Under the pieces are notes generated by a model. That model ran no database searches, was not told where the DNA came from, and worked only from the letters and a program-made list of their open reading frames with translations. This document shows positions 8,942-17,808 of a DNA stretch of 64,000 bases, piece after piece. Origin of the DNA: Candidatus Nezhaarchaeales archaeon. Lineage in GTDB: Archaea > Thermoproteota > Methanomethylicia > Nezhaarchaeales > WYZ-LMO8. Positions within the stretch are counted from its first letter, which is position 1; the number at the start of each line of letters is the position of its first letter. Position numbers and translations under genes: made by a program. The DNA lies in the NCBI GenBank assembly GCA_038887515.1, contig JAWAKK010000001.1:32001-96000 (forward strand). Reading direction: 5' to 3'.

Positions 8942-10646
8942 ATCCCTAATAATTAAGGGAGGCTACGTAATCGACCCATTAAATAAAGTGAACTGTGAAG
9001 TCGTGGATATAGGCGTGGCTGGTGGAAAAATAGTCGATCCATCAACTATAGAGGGGAAAGCTAAGGTCATAGATGCAAAAGGCAAATTAGTAATGCCTGG
9101 AGGGATCGATCTCCACACTCACGTTGCAGGACCTAAATTCAATGCTGGCAGGATCATGAGCCCTCAGGATCACAAGAGGGCGTGGATTAGAGCAACATTA
9201 ACTAGCAGGTCTGGAGTAGGGCTGACAGTTCCATCAACGACCTTCATTGGCTACAGGTACGCTCAGATGGGATGGACCACCATAGTAGAGCCGGCGACTC
9301 CGCCATTTAAGACCAGACACACCCATGAAGAGTTAGACGACATACCGATAGTCGACAAGGCATGCTTCCCACTTTTCGGTAATAGCAGGATAGTCATGGA
9401 CCTCGTCAGTAAGGATGACATCGAAGGTCTCAAGGCCTATGTAGCGTGGGTACTGAAATCCATTAAGGGATACGCTATAAAGATAGTGAACCCAGGTGTT
9501 GCTGAACCCACCTGGTGGAATAAGTACATAGGTCTAGACCTAGACGACGAATTACCTGAATTCGGTATAACCCCTCGCGACATTGTAAGGGCACTTTGTA
9601 GAACTTCTATAGAACTTAAGCTCCCTCATCAAATACATGTACATTGCAACAGGCTTGGCTTCCCTGGGAACTATATGTCGACTTTGAAGACCATGGATTG
9701 CGTATCCGATTTGTACGGAGGTAGCAAACCAATAATCCACATAACTCACGTACAATTCACGGGCTATGCTGGCACGTCGTGGGCTAACTTAGCTTCTGGA
9801 GGCGAAGATATAGCTAAGTACCTGAACGCCCACGATCACGTAACGCTAGATCTAGGTCAAGTGGTCTTTGGCGATGCTTTAACTATGACTGCTGACGCAC
9901 CATTCGAGTACGTCCTCTTCCACATAATGAAAGGTAAGTGGCATAGCGTGATGACGGAGGCGGAAGCAACAGCTGGCGTTGTCCCTTATGCTTACAAGAA
10001 GAACAATTATGTAAATACCGTGCAGTGGTGTATTGGACTTGAGATAGCGCTCCTAACCAAAGATCCTTGGAAGATAGTCTTCGCAACGGACAATCCAAAT
10101 GCGGGCAGGTTCACTAAATATCCCCTGGCTCTCTCATGGTTCGTAAGCAAAAAAGCGAGAGAAGAAGTCATGAAAAAGGTTAACCGAAGAGCCCTCAAAC
10201 ACACTACTCTTCCATCAATAGAGAGAGAGTACACCTTGTATGATGTAGCGATAGTTACGAGAGCTGGCCCCGCGAAAATACTAGGCGTCGAAAAATATAA
10301 GGGTCACCTGGGAGTAGGGGCTGATGCAGACATAGCCATTTATGATCTAAACCCAGCAGAGGTCAACATTTCGCGAGATTACAAGGCCTTTGTGAAAGCC
10401 TTCAAGAGGGCTTGGTATACAATAAAGTCCGGTGTAATAGTTGTAAAGGAGGGCAGTATCGTCGAGCCAAACTTTTATGGAGCCACATACTACGTCGACG
10501 CAACAAAGCTAGTAGACTCGGACGTCTACAATAGAACTGTTAACTATCTTAAAGAAGTGTTTCCACAAAACTACAGTATGTCGTTCCATAATTACATCAT
10601 AGATGATAGAGAACTTAGGAACCCTGTCAAACTGGAGGTGAGATAA
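8931..10646 (+). CDS. fwdA: Formylmethanofuran dehydrogenase subunit A (amidohydrolase)
   Basis: MPGGIDLHTHVAG, RHTHEE, IKIVNPG, HVHCNRLG.PGN, QWCIGLE and KGHLGVGADADIA; ATG 8931 follows GGAGGT. Confidence 0.96.
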   Translation: MRHESLIIKGGYVIDPLNKVNCEVVDIGVAGGKIVDPSTIEGKAKVIDAKGKLVMPGGIDLHTHVAGPKFNAGRIMSPQDHKRAWIRATLTSRSGVGLTVPSTTFIGYRYAQMGWTTIVEPATPPFKTRHTHEELDDIPIVDKACFPLFGNSRIVMDLVSKDDIEGLKAYVAWVLKSIKGYAIKIVNPGVAEPTWWNKYIGLDLDDELPEFGITPRDIVRALCRTSIELKLPHQIHVHCNRLGFPGNYMSTLKTMDCVSDLYGGSKPIIHITHVQFTGYAGTSWANLASGGEDIAKYLNAHDHVTLDLGQVVFGDALTMTADAPFEYVLFHIMKGKWHSVMTEAEATAGVVPYAYKKNNYVNTVQWCIGLEIALLTKDPWKIVFATDNPNAGRFTKYPLALSWFVSKKAREEVMKKVNRRALKHTTLPSIEREYTLYDVAIVTRAGPAKILGVEKYKGHLGVGADADIAIYDLNPAEVNISRDYKAFVKAFKRAWYTIKSGVIVVKEGSIVEPNFYGATYYVDATKLVDSDVYNRTVNYLKEVFPQNYSMSFHNYIIDDRELRNPVKLEVR

Positions 10647-10648
10647 GA

Positions 10649-11500
10649 ATGCCCATCTTGAATTTAACATTAAGTAAGGATCCAATAGTCCCTGTAGAAG
10701 TTGAGACGGTGACTCCAGATAAAGTAGCTGGCTTAACGTTGAACGAAGTGGCTAAGATAACATTGTGGGTTGGAAATAGACAGCTAAGAGTAGGTGAGGT
10801 TTTCCAACTAGAGGGCGAGGTGGGCTCAAAGCCTGATGAAGTGAAGATAGTCTTTAAAGGCTTTACAAATAGACTAAGGCGAGTTGGCGAAAAGATGAGT
10901 TGCGGCGAGATCGAAGTACTTGGAGGTGTAGGACCGTACGCCGGGCGGAAGATGAAAGGGGGGAAGCTAGTGATAAAAGGTTCGACTGGAGCATGCCTAG
11001 GAGCGAAGATGTATGATGGCATCATAGAGGTTTTTGGGTCGGCTGGAGACCGCGTAGGTGGAGCATACAGAGGAGAGCTCCCGGCGAAAGGTATGAAGGG
11101 CGGAACGATAATTATCCATGGCGATGCGGGAGCTGAAGTAGGGCTTGGCATGAGGGGCGGAACCATAGTAGTCGATGGCTCGTGCGATATCATGCCAGGT
11201 TTGGATATGAGTGGTGGGACTATACTTGTAAAGGGGAGCTGTGCTGGCAAGGCGGGTGCGAGGATGACCGGAGGGAGGATCGTAATAGTCGGGAGGATCT
11301 CGACGATATTGCCGAGTTTCTATGCCGATGAAATAAGGCCTTCAATAAAGATAGCGGGCGAAAAGATTGATGGACCATTGCTGGTATTCGTTGGCGACGC
11401 TATAGTAAGTGAGAAGTGCGGTGGAAGGTTGATGATAAATTTAAGGAACAACCCCCACCTGAAAAGGTACGAAGAACTTCTGGTGGAGAAGATAGAATAA
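10649..11500 (+). CDS. fwdC: Formylmethanofuran dehydrogenase subunit C
   Basis: GXGXG beta-helix repeats (G..M.GG.I.I.G) and GGAYRGE..GMKGG. Confidence 0.95.
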   Translation: MPILNLTLSKDPIVPVEVETVTPDKVAGLTLNEVAKITLWVGNRQLRVGEVFQLEGEVGSKPDEVKIVFKGFTNRLRRVGEKMSCGEIEVLGGVGPYAGRKMKGGKLVIKGSTGACLGAKMYDGIIEVFGSAGDRVGGAYRGELPAKGMKGGTIIIHGDAGAEVGLGMRGGTIVVDGSCDIMPGLDMSGGTILVKGSCAGKAGARMTGGRIVIVGRISTILPSFYADEIRPSIKIAGEKIDGPLLVFVGDAIVSEKCGGRLMINLRNNPHLKRYEELLVEKIE

Positions 11501-11547
11501 TCCTAAACTTTTTTCATTAACTTTTAAGAAAAGGGGGAAGTTTAGGC

Positions 11548-12543
11548 TTATTTGAATGCGGTTATGATTTTCCTACCTATAACGTCTATAGCGGCCTTCT
11601 TCTTCGGACCTAGTGGTGACCCTGCGACAAACTGTGTTACTCCCATCTTCAGGAGTTGTTCAATCCTTGATATACAATCTTCAGGAGTTCCAGAAACTGA
11701 GAATGCGTCTAGAGATGCATCAGAAACGGCTTTACTCGCTCCTGGAATATCACCTCTAGCTAAGGCCCCTCTTATGGTTTCCACCTCTTCTCTCTTAATA
11801 CCGTGCCTATTAAGTACGTTATCCGGTGCACCAGCTACTATAAAAGCTACAACAGTTTTCGCGGCCTCCTTGGCTTTAGCCGCATTTTCATCAACTGATA
11901 AAGCTGCGTAAGCTACTACGTCTATATCCTCTACCCTCCTGCCAGCCTTAGCTGCGCCCTCTCTTATGTACTTCACGGCTTGTTCAAAGTCTTTAGGGTG
12001 AGATGCATTGATTAATACTCCGTCGCCTATAGCTCCTGCAAGCTCAAGCATCTTAGGCCCTTGAGCACCTATGTAAACCGGTATTTGCGTTGAAGGCTTA
12101 AAACTGAGCTTAGCATTAGATAGGTTAAAGACGTCTCCTGTGAAGTTAACGGTTTCACCTGCCCAAAGTCTCCTTATTATTTCGACGGCCTCTCTAACTG
12201 CTGACAGCGGCTTCTCGAAGCTTATCCCTATTTGACCTAGCGTCGATCGATCACCAGGGCCTAGCCCCAAGACGGCTCTACCGTTACTCACTTCGCTTAA
12301 TGTTGCTATCGCTGATGCCGTCCAAGCCGGGTGTACGTGAAACGGGTTTGTGACGCCAGTGCCAAGTTTCACATTTTTCGTATTTAATGCAGCTACTGCT
12401 AGTGCTACGTAGACGCACCGGTTAGAGTAGTGGTCTGTCACCCAAACGTAATCGAAACCGGCATTCTCTGCTTGAACTATAGAACTTACTAGCCCATCGA
12501 TAGTAGTTGCAGGGACGAATTCTATACCAAATTTTAGGGGCAT
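11548..12543 (-). CDS. mer: F420-dependent methylene-H4MPT reductase
   Basis: KFGIEFVP, WVTDHY.NR, LGTGVTNP, LGLGPGD, GAQGPKML, INASHPKDF and QFVAGSPLGP. Confidence 0.96.
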   Translation of the reverse strand: MPLKFGIEFVPATTIDGLVSSIVQAENAGFDYVWVTDHYSNRCVYVALAVAALNTKNVKLGTGVTNPFHVHPAWTASAIATLSEVSNGRAVLGLGPGDRSTLGQIGISFEKPLSAVREAVEIIRRLWAGETVNFTGDVFNLSNAKLSFKPSTQIPVYIGAQGPKMLELAGAIGDGVLINASHPKDFEQAVKYIREGAAKAGRRVEDIDVVAYAALSVDENAAKAKEAAKTVVAFIVAGAPDNVLNRHGIKREEVETIRGALARGDIPGASKAVSDASLDAFSVSGTPEDCISRIEQLLKMGVTQFVAGSPLGPKKKAAIDVIGRKIITAFK

Positions 12544-12688
12544 TTCGAACACACCCTAAACTGCTTTAGAGATTTTGCTACCTTATTTTTGCTTATGTAT
12601 TGTCGCTTAAAGCTTTCCTTTCTCAATGGTCATTCAAAGGGTTTAAACAAACCTAAACCATCAAAATAATTAAAAATAAAGAGACAGC

Positions 12689-13639
12689 CTATAGTTCTAC
12701 TGATCTTCTCAGGACTTCTGGGTTTACTCTTCCGCCTACGTACGTCTTTCCACTCTTCTTGCTTGTCAATAGAAGTTTGCCTATCGTGAAGAATGAGGGG
12801 TCGAGCTTTGACCAGTCGAAGTTGACCGCTTTTAACGCTTCGTATGAAGTCTTCCCATAGTCTGGCCAGGCGGTGGCAGGGGCTTTAGCTATGTATTCCA
12901 TCAACTTACCGTCGTCTTCGTCTATTACGTAACATCCAACGCCACCATAGAGCAAGGCATCCTCCTCTTTAGCTGTTGAGATACCTACGTCGGGGTGTGG
13001 AGGCATTATAGGAGCAGACCCACTTGCGAACGCAACCTTGTTCGGGTCTAACCCTAAGTATTCGAGCCTATATAGTCCTGTCTCAACAACCCTTCCGGAT
13101 ACTTGGACTGAGCCAGCCATGGAGGCAGTCGTAGTCAAGATTATGTATAGATTTTGCGGTGAAACTTTACACTCAGCGGCTACCTTCTGGGCGACCTCAT
13201 CTGTGGGCCTCTTAGTGGTCTCCATAACTATGACAGCTTCACTATGATCGTCTCTGTAACCTATTTTCTCGAATACTTTCTTAGGCTTTAACGCTAAGGC
13301 TCTCGCGGGTCCCGACGATGGGGCAAAGAAATCTCCAACTTTCACCATCCATCCAGCTAGCTGACACCCAAGCAACGATAGGGCTGGGTGGTCTGTTGCG
13401 ACAACTATAGTTGGGAGTTCAAGTTCGCCGTAGGTCTCATAAGTAAGCCAGCAGTTTGCTAAGCCTCCTAGGCATATCTCTGTTAGCTTTATTCCAGCCA
13501 AGTATCCACCTAAAGCTTCTAAACCGGTGTCTATTACCGTAGCCCCGCAAGCTAGCTTCTCTACCTTAACTTTGTACTCTTCCTGCCTATCTATAAGCTC
13601 TTTGACTATATTCATAGCTAAACGGTTAACGCTTAACAT
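12689..13639 (-). CDS. mch: Methenyl-H4MPT cyclohydrolase
   Basis: MLSVN, EICLGGL, LGCQLAGW, SGPARALA and SMAGSVQVSGRVVE. Confidence 0.96.
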   Translation of the reverse strand: MLSVNRLAMNIVKELIDRQEEYKVKVEKLACGATVIDTGLEALGGYLAGIKLTEICLGGLANCWLTYETYGELELPTIVVATDHPALSLLGCQLAGWMVKVGDFFAPSSGPARALALKPKKVFEKIGYRDDHSEAVIVMETTKRPTDEVAQKVAAECKVSPQNLYIILTTTASMAGSVQVSGRVVETGLYRLEYLGLDPNKVAFASGSAPIMPPHPDVGISTAKEEDALLYGGVGCYVIDEDDGKLMEYIAKAPATAWPDYGKTSYEALKAVNFDWSKLDPSFFTIGKLLLTSKKSGKTYVGGRVNPEVLRRSVEL

Positions 13640-13725
13640 AGCCTACCGATCACCACGCAAATAATTGCTCGTCGGTCGGCAGATAACTTTTTATCAAGTT
13701 TACAAGGTTTTGATTCTTCAACTAT

Positions 13726-14448
13726 CTAAATGAAGCCAAGGGATTTTAAGTCTTGAACCCTAACTTTACCTGAGTGTAGAGCTGAACCTACGAGTACGCC
13801 GGATACACCTTCTCTGCATAGTTCAATTATGTCAACGAGTCCTCTAACGCCTCCGCCGACGTAGACTTCGAACCCTCTTCGGACAAGATACTTTGCGCCA
13901 TCTATGTTAGGTCCAGAGCACGACCCTATTCTGTTGAAGTCCATTAAGATAATCTTCCGAACATTCAGCTTACTAAGTATTTCACATGCTTCCTCTAAGT
14001 TTTTGCCAGCAATTTCAGGTGCTCTACTTACAATGGCATCATTCTTCAGATCAATACTAAGAAAAACATTACTGTTACAAGCTTTGAGAGCCCTTGATAG
14101 GAAGTTTAAGCTGGGAGCGCTCTCAGTTGCAATAACGGGGTAATCCGCTATCTGGACAGCTTTCTCGAGCTTTTCTTCACAATCTACCCCTATGTCGGCC
14201 ATTATCTTGATCCTCGCCTCCCTCCTCAACGAGTTAAAGATAGCCTCATTGATTCTACCATTTAGTATGGAGTCTAGGTCAGCTATGTAAATGACCTTAA
14301 AGCCTTCTAACATGAACTTGTAGGCCAGCTTAAGCGGGTCGCAAGTCCCATAAACGCTGTCTGATATCGGCTTATATAGATCTCTAAGACCTCGTATTGC
14401 GCGAACAACTAACCCATCCTTTATGTCTATAACTGGCACTACTATCAT
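13726..14448 (-). CDS. HisA/HisF-related TIM-barrel protein of H4MPT/methanofuran C1 clusters
   Basis: VPVIDIKDGLVVRA.RG.R..YKP, YIADLD.I, VIATES, LSIDLK, GGGVRG and VLVGSALH; C1-cluster context. Confidence 0.8.
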   Translation of the reverse strand: MIVVPVIDIKDGLVVRAIRGLRDLYKPISDSVYGTCDPLKLAYKFMLEGFKVIYIADLDSILNGRINEAIFNSLRREARIKIMADIGVDCEEKLEKAVQIADYPVIATESAPSLNFLSRALKACNSNVFLSIDLKNDAIVSRAPEIAGKNLEEACEILSKLNVRKIILMDFNRIGSCSGPNIDGAKYLVRRGFEVYVGGGVRGLVDIIELCREGVSGVLVGSALHSGKVRVQDLKSLGFI

Positions 14449-14635
14449 GTAATATCAAACCTCTCTTCTTGATCAATGCATCGAGTTTTTTAAGCTGTAC
14501 CCGCAATTTAACATTAGTACACCGACACAATAATACGCAAAAACGTCTACGTGCTTATCGACAATTCGTATATAAGATCTTCGTAATCCTTGAAATCTTT
14601 TAATGTAAAGCTTTACTAGTTTTCCTGGTGAAAGT

Positions 14636-15697
14636 GTGTTGTTCTTGGGTATAGACATTGGAGGGGCTAACATTAAAGCCTCACTTTTCAAGGTTGATAA
14701 TTACTTTGAGTTAAAGTCGGTTAAGCTACACTACCCCATCTGGATTAGAGGTGTCAATGAGTTACCCAGAGCTATCGAGCATGTTATGTCTCTACTAGGT
14801 TGTAGCAATGCAAATTACGTGGCTCTAACTATGACTGCAGAGCTCTCAGACATCTTTAAGGATAAGAGGGAAGGCGTCGAGAAGATAATATTCAATTTAA
14901 AGCAAGTTTTTAAAGACTTCAAGGTTATAGCGACTGATGGCTCTCTACTAGATCCCGACGATGCGGTTAAACGCTTCATGGATGTAGCCGCTGCGAACTG
15001 GTGGTGTGTAGGTTGGTTTGCAGCTCAGTTAAATGAGAGTTGTGTCGTTGTGGATGTTGGAAGCACTACTACAACCATAACTCCGGTTGTTAAAGGACGG
15101 AGCGCAGCTAGTGGCTTCAACGATCTAGAGAAGATGAGCTTAGGAGAAATAGTTTATGTGGGCTCTCTAAGGACACCTGTATCTTCCGTGGTTTCAGCAG
15201 TCCCGGTAAACGGGATATTGTGCAGAGTTTCGTCGGAATACTTTGCTAATATAGGCGATGTAAACATTTTGTTGGGTCTCCTCAAAGAAGAGGAGTACGA
15301 TGTAGGCACTCCAGATGGGAGAGGAAAGAGCCTAGAAGATTGCCACTACAGATTATCAAGAGTTGTGTGCGGTGATGGGAAGATGTTAAAAATGTTACAA
15401 ACAAAAATAATGGCCAGTTTCATATATAATAAGGTTGTCGAAAAGGTTTTCGAAGGTCTTTTACAAGTTCTTAGTAAACTGGCTTCAGAAGATCACTTTA
15501 TCGATTTAGGCTTCGCAGCAGGTCTAGGAGACTTTATAGCGCTTGACGCTATAAAGAGAGCAGGTCTTCGAGGAGTTTTATTTAGAGAGATTATAGGCCG
15601 GGACAATAGCATTGCCTTAACTTCGTCCTCACTCGCTATATACTTAGCTTACAATATGGGGGTCGATGTTAAAAAATGGATTTCATTATTAAAATAG
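14636..15697 (+). CDS. mfnF: Methanofuran biosynthesis protein MfnF (hydantoinase A-like, F1-PP:gamma-glutamyltyramine coupling)
   Basis: GIDIGGANIK, TMTAELSD.F..K.EGV, VAAANW, DVGSTTT, LRTPV, SSEYFA and TPDGRGK. Confidence 0.88.
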   Translation: MLFLGIDIGGANIKASLFKVDNYFELKSVKLHYPIWIRGVNELPRAIEHVMSLLGCSNANYVALTMTAELSDIFKDKREGVEKIIFNLKQVFKDFKVIATDGSLLDPDDAVKRFMDVAAANWWCVGWFAAQLNESCVVVDVGSTTTTITPVVKGRSAASGFNDLEKMSLGEIVYVGSLRTPVSSVVSAVPVNGILCRVSSEYFANIGDVNILLGLLKEEEYDVGTPDGRGKSLEDCHYRLSRVVCGDGKMLKMLQTKIMASFIYNKVVEKVFEGLLQVLSKLASEDHFIDLGFAAGLGDFIALDAIKRAGLRGVLFREIIGRDNSIALTSSSLAIYLAYNMGVDVKKWISLLK

Positions 15698-16326
15698 GTG
15701 GATCACTCTGTAAGCACCCCAACGCACTTCATAGACTTTGTAGTAGGTTGTCTAAGTGGCTGAAGGGTAAAGAATGCATTGTAACGCCAGGGGGAGGACC
15801 TTTTGCCGACATTATAAGGCACATGCAGCGCGTTCATACCATATCGGACGATGTAGCACACGAAATGGCTCTATTAGCTGTAGATCAGTATGGACTAATG
15901 TTAAGCGAGTTGATAAGAGGATCTATTCCGGTAAGAACCTTAGTTGATGCGAAGAAAATAGCGAACCATGCAATCCCGATATTGTTACCCAGTTACTTAA
16001 TCATTAGCTTAGATATACTTGAACACACGTGGAACGCAGGTTCAGATTGTATCGCAGCTATAGTAGCTAAAACATGTTCTTCAAAGAGACTGATATTAGT
16101 TAAAGATGTTGATGGGATTTACGACCCGCAAGACCAATCAAAGATGCTAACCGAAGTTCCCTCAAGTCAGCTCGAAAACGTTAAGACGTGTCTCGACCCA
16201 CTACTTCCGAGACTGCTCAGAGGCTCTACCATAGAATGTATAGTAGTTAATGGTCTTAAACCGAGTAGAGTAAAGGCAGCAATCGAGGGGTCAGAGACTG
16301 TATGTACTAAGATTGTAGCTGATTGA
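15676..16326 (+). CDS. mfnE: Methanofuran biosynthesis kinase MfnE (amino-acid kinase family)
   Basis: IKIGGSL, PGGGPFAD..R, AHEMA, W..SD.IA and KDVDGI; overlaps mfnF. Confidence 0.82.
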   Translation: MDFIIKIGGSLCKHPNALHRLCSRLSKWLKGKECIVTPGGGPFADIIRHMQRVHTISDDVAHEMALLAVDQYGLMLSELIRGSIPVRTLVDAKKIANHAIPILLPSYLIISLDILEHTWNAGSDCIAAIVAKTCSSKRLILVKDVDGIYDPQDQSKMLTEVPSSQLENVKTCLDPLLPRLLRGSTIECIVVNGLKPSRVKAAIEGSETVCTKIVAD

Positions 16327-16330
16327 TGTC

Positions 16331-17038
16331 TTAAGTGCGTTTGTAGGCTTCAACCAACAGTCTTACGTTCTCTCTTGTAACCTTTTGCCTTATCCTATCA
16401 CCTCCGCAAGCAGCTGATCTGAAACCTACTATGTCCGGCTTAACCTTCTGCACCACTTCTACGTGACTTAACTTCAGTGATCCCGCTAGCGCGAATAGCA
16501 ATCCCATTTCATGAGCTAACTCTTTAATCTTAACTATCTCGCCCACATTCAAATAGTCGAATGTGGACATTCCGTTCTTGATGAATGTGTCAATCATGAA
16601 TACTTCAAAGTCGGATAGGTATGCGGCCCTCAGTACGTCTATCGGGCTTAGACAATTTGCAACCCTATAATCAGCGTAAGCCACTGCAACAAGCTTAATG
16701 TTCTCAGCGCTTACTTCCAAGTCCCTATAAGCTTTAACGGCATCACTAATACTTCTAAGACCCAAACTTCCTGTCTTTGCATAATCTATGGCCAGCTCTT
16801 CAGCTATTAATGCTATCTCTTTTACTTGATGCTTTGTCGGATCATCACCTAAGGCAACGCTCGTAACTATGTTAGTGCGCGAATCACCACGTATCAAGTT
16901 TATTATCGAACCGATAATGGTGGTATCAGGGGGGCCGAGAGAGCCCTTTGTTGGGTCCTTAACGTCGACTATGTCGGCACCACCCATTAATGCCTCAATA
17001 GCCTCACTGGGGCTCGTGACGCTTATTAAGACCTTCAT
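16331..17038 (-). CDS. mfnB: (5-formylfuran-3-yl)methyl phosphate synthase MfnB
   Basis: LISV....EA..A..GGADIVDVKDP..GSLG, YAK.G, AYADY, MIDT..K, ALAGSL and PDIVGFRSAAC. Confidence 0.92.
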   Translation of the reverse strand: MKVLISVTSPSEAIEALMGGADIVDVKDPTKGSLGPPDTTIIGSIINLIRGDSRTNIVTSVALGDDPTKHQVKEIALIAEELAIDYAKTGSLGLRSISDAVKAYRDLEVSAENIKLVAVAYADYRVANCLSPIDVLRAAYLSDFEVFMIDTFIKNGMSTFDYLNVGEIVKIKELAHEMGLLFALAGSLKLSHVEVVQKVKPDIVGFRSAACGGDRIRQKVTRENVRLLVEAYKRT

Positions 17039-17090
17039 TTTTGCTTCATCTCGCAGGAAATTTCTTTTATGCTAGCAAAATAAAGCTTTA

Positions 17091-17540
17091 ATGAGAAGAT
17101 ACACGTTAACAGTAGGAGGGTCCTTCTTGTCGAGTTGGAAGGATGAGATCTTAAACATCTTAAACCAAGGTAAAGGCTTCGAGGTATACTACGAAGATGG
17201 GAAAATCAAGGTATCTGAAGCCAAGGGCATCTCTAAAGCACCAATAGACTTAAAGGATATAAAGGGCATCAGAAAAAGCAGGGCTAAGTCTCCGCCGTCG
17301 AAATTAAAGGACTTAATAATTAAGTTGGCTTTAAGGCTTATTGAAGCGGGTAAAAGCTTCAAGGTGACCTTAGGTCAAGGAGATTTTGTGTTAAGATTTG
17401 ACTTAGACCACTACGTTAGAGCTGACTCGAGGTCGGTAAGCGTTGTAGGCTTCAATAGCCTAGAGGACGAAACCATAAAAACCATAGCAGACATACTCCA
17501 AGAACATGGTGAAGTAAAGATACTAAAGCCGTTGAAATGA
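17091..17540 (+). CDS. Hypothetical protein, basic; start may be downstream (TTG near 17127)
   Basis: 149-codon ORF divergent from mfnB; no motif recognised. Confidence 0.6.
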   Translation: MRRYTLTVGGSFLSSWKDEILNILNQGKGFEVYYEDGKIKVSEAKGISKAPIDLKDIKGIRKSRAKSPPSKLKDLIIKLALRLIEAGKSFKVTLGQGDFVLRFDLDHYVRADSRSVSVVGFNSLEDETIKTIADILQEHGEVKILKPLK

Positions 17541-17808
17541 GGAACATCAAAACCTCCCAATCGATTTGTTGTTTTATTAATAAGATAGTCTACATATTTT
17601 GCTTCGCTTTAAGATTGTTAGGACCTCAACACGAGTCGATAACATACATCTACATTGATGAATCGTCTACGCTTTTAAATATTGGTGGCCAAATGCTAGC
17701 TAGCAATTAAAGTACCAATAATAAAGGGCCTGGGTCCACGAAATAGTGCCGAGACACTCGTAATACGCCTTAAGTAAGGCTACTTATCATAGTTTTTGGG
17801 GGTACGGG

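Noticed and set aside
5295-17038. Calling the organism a methanogen
   Set aside because: No mcr or mtr genes are in the window; the methyl branch alone also occurs in non-methanogenic archaea.
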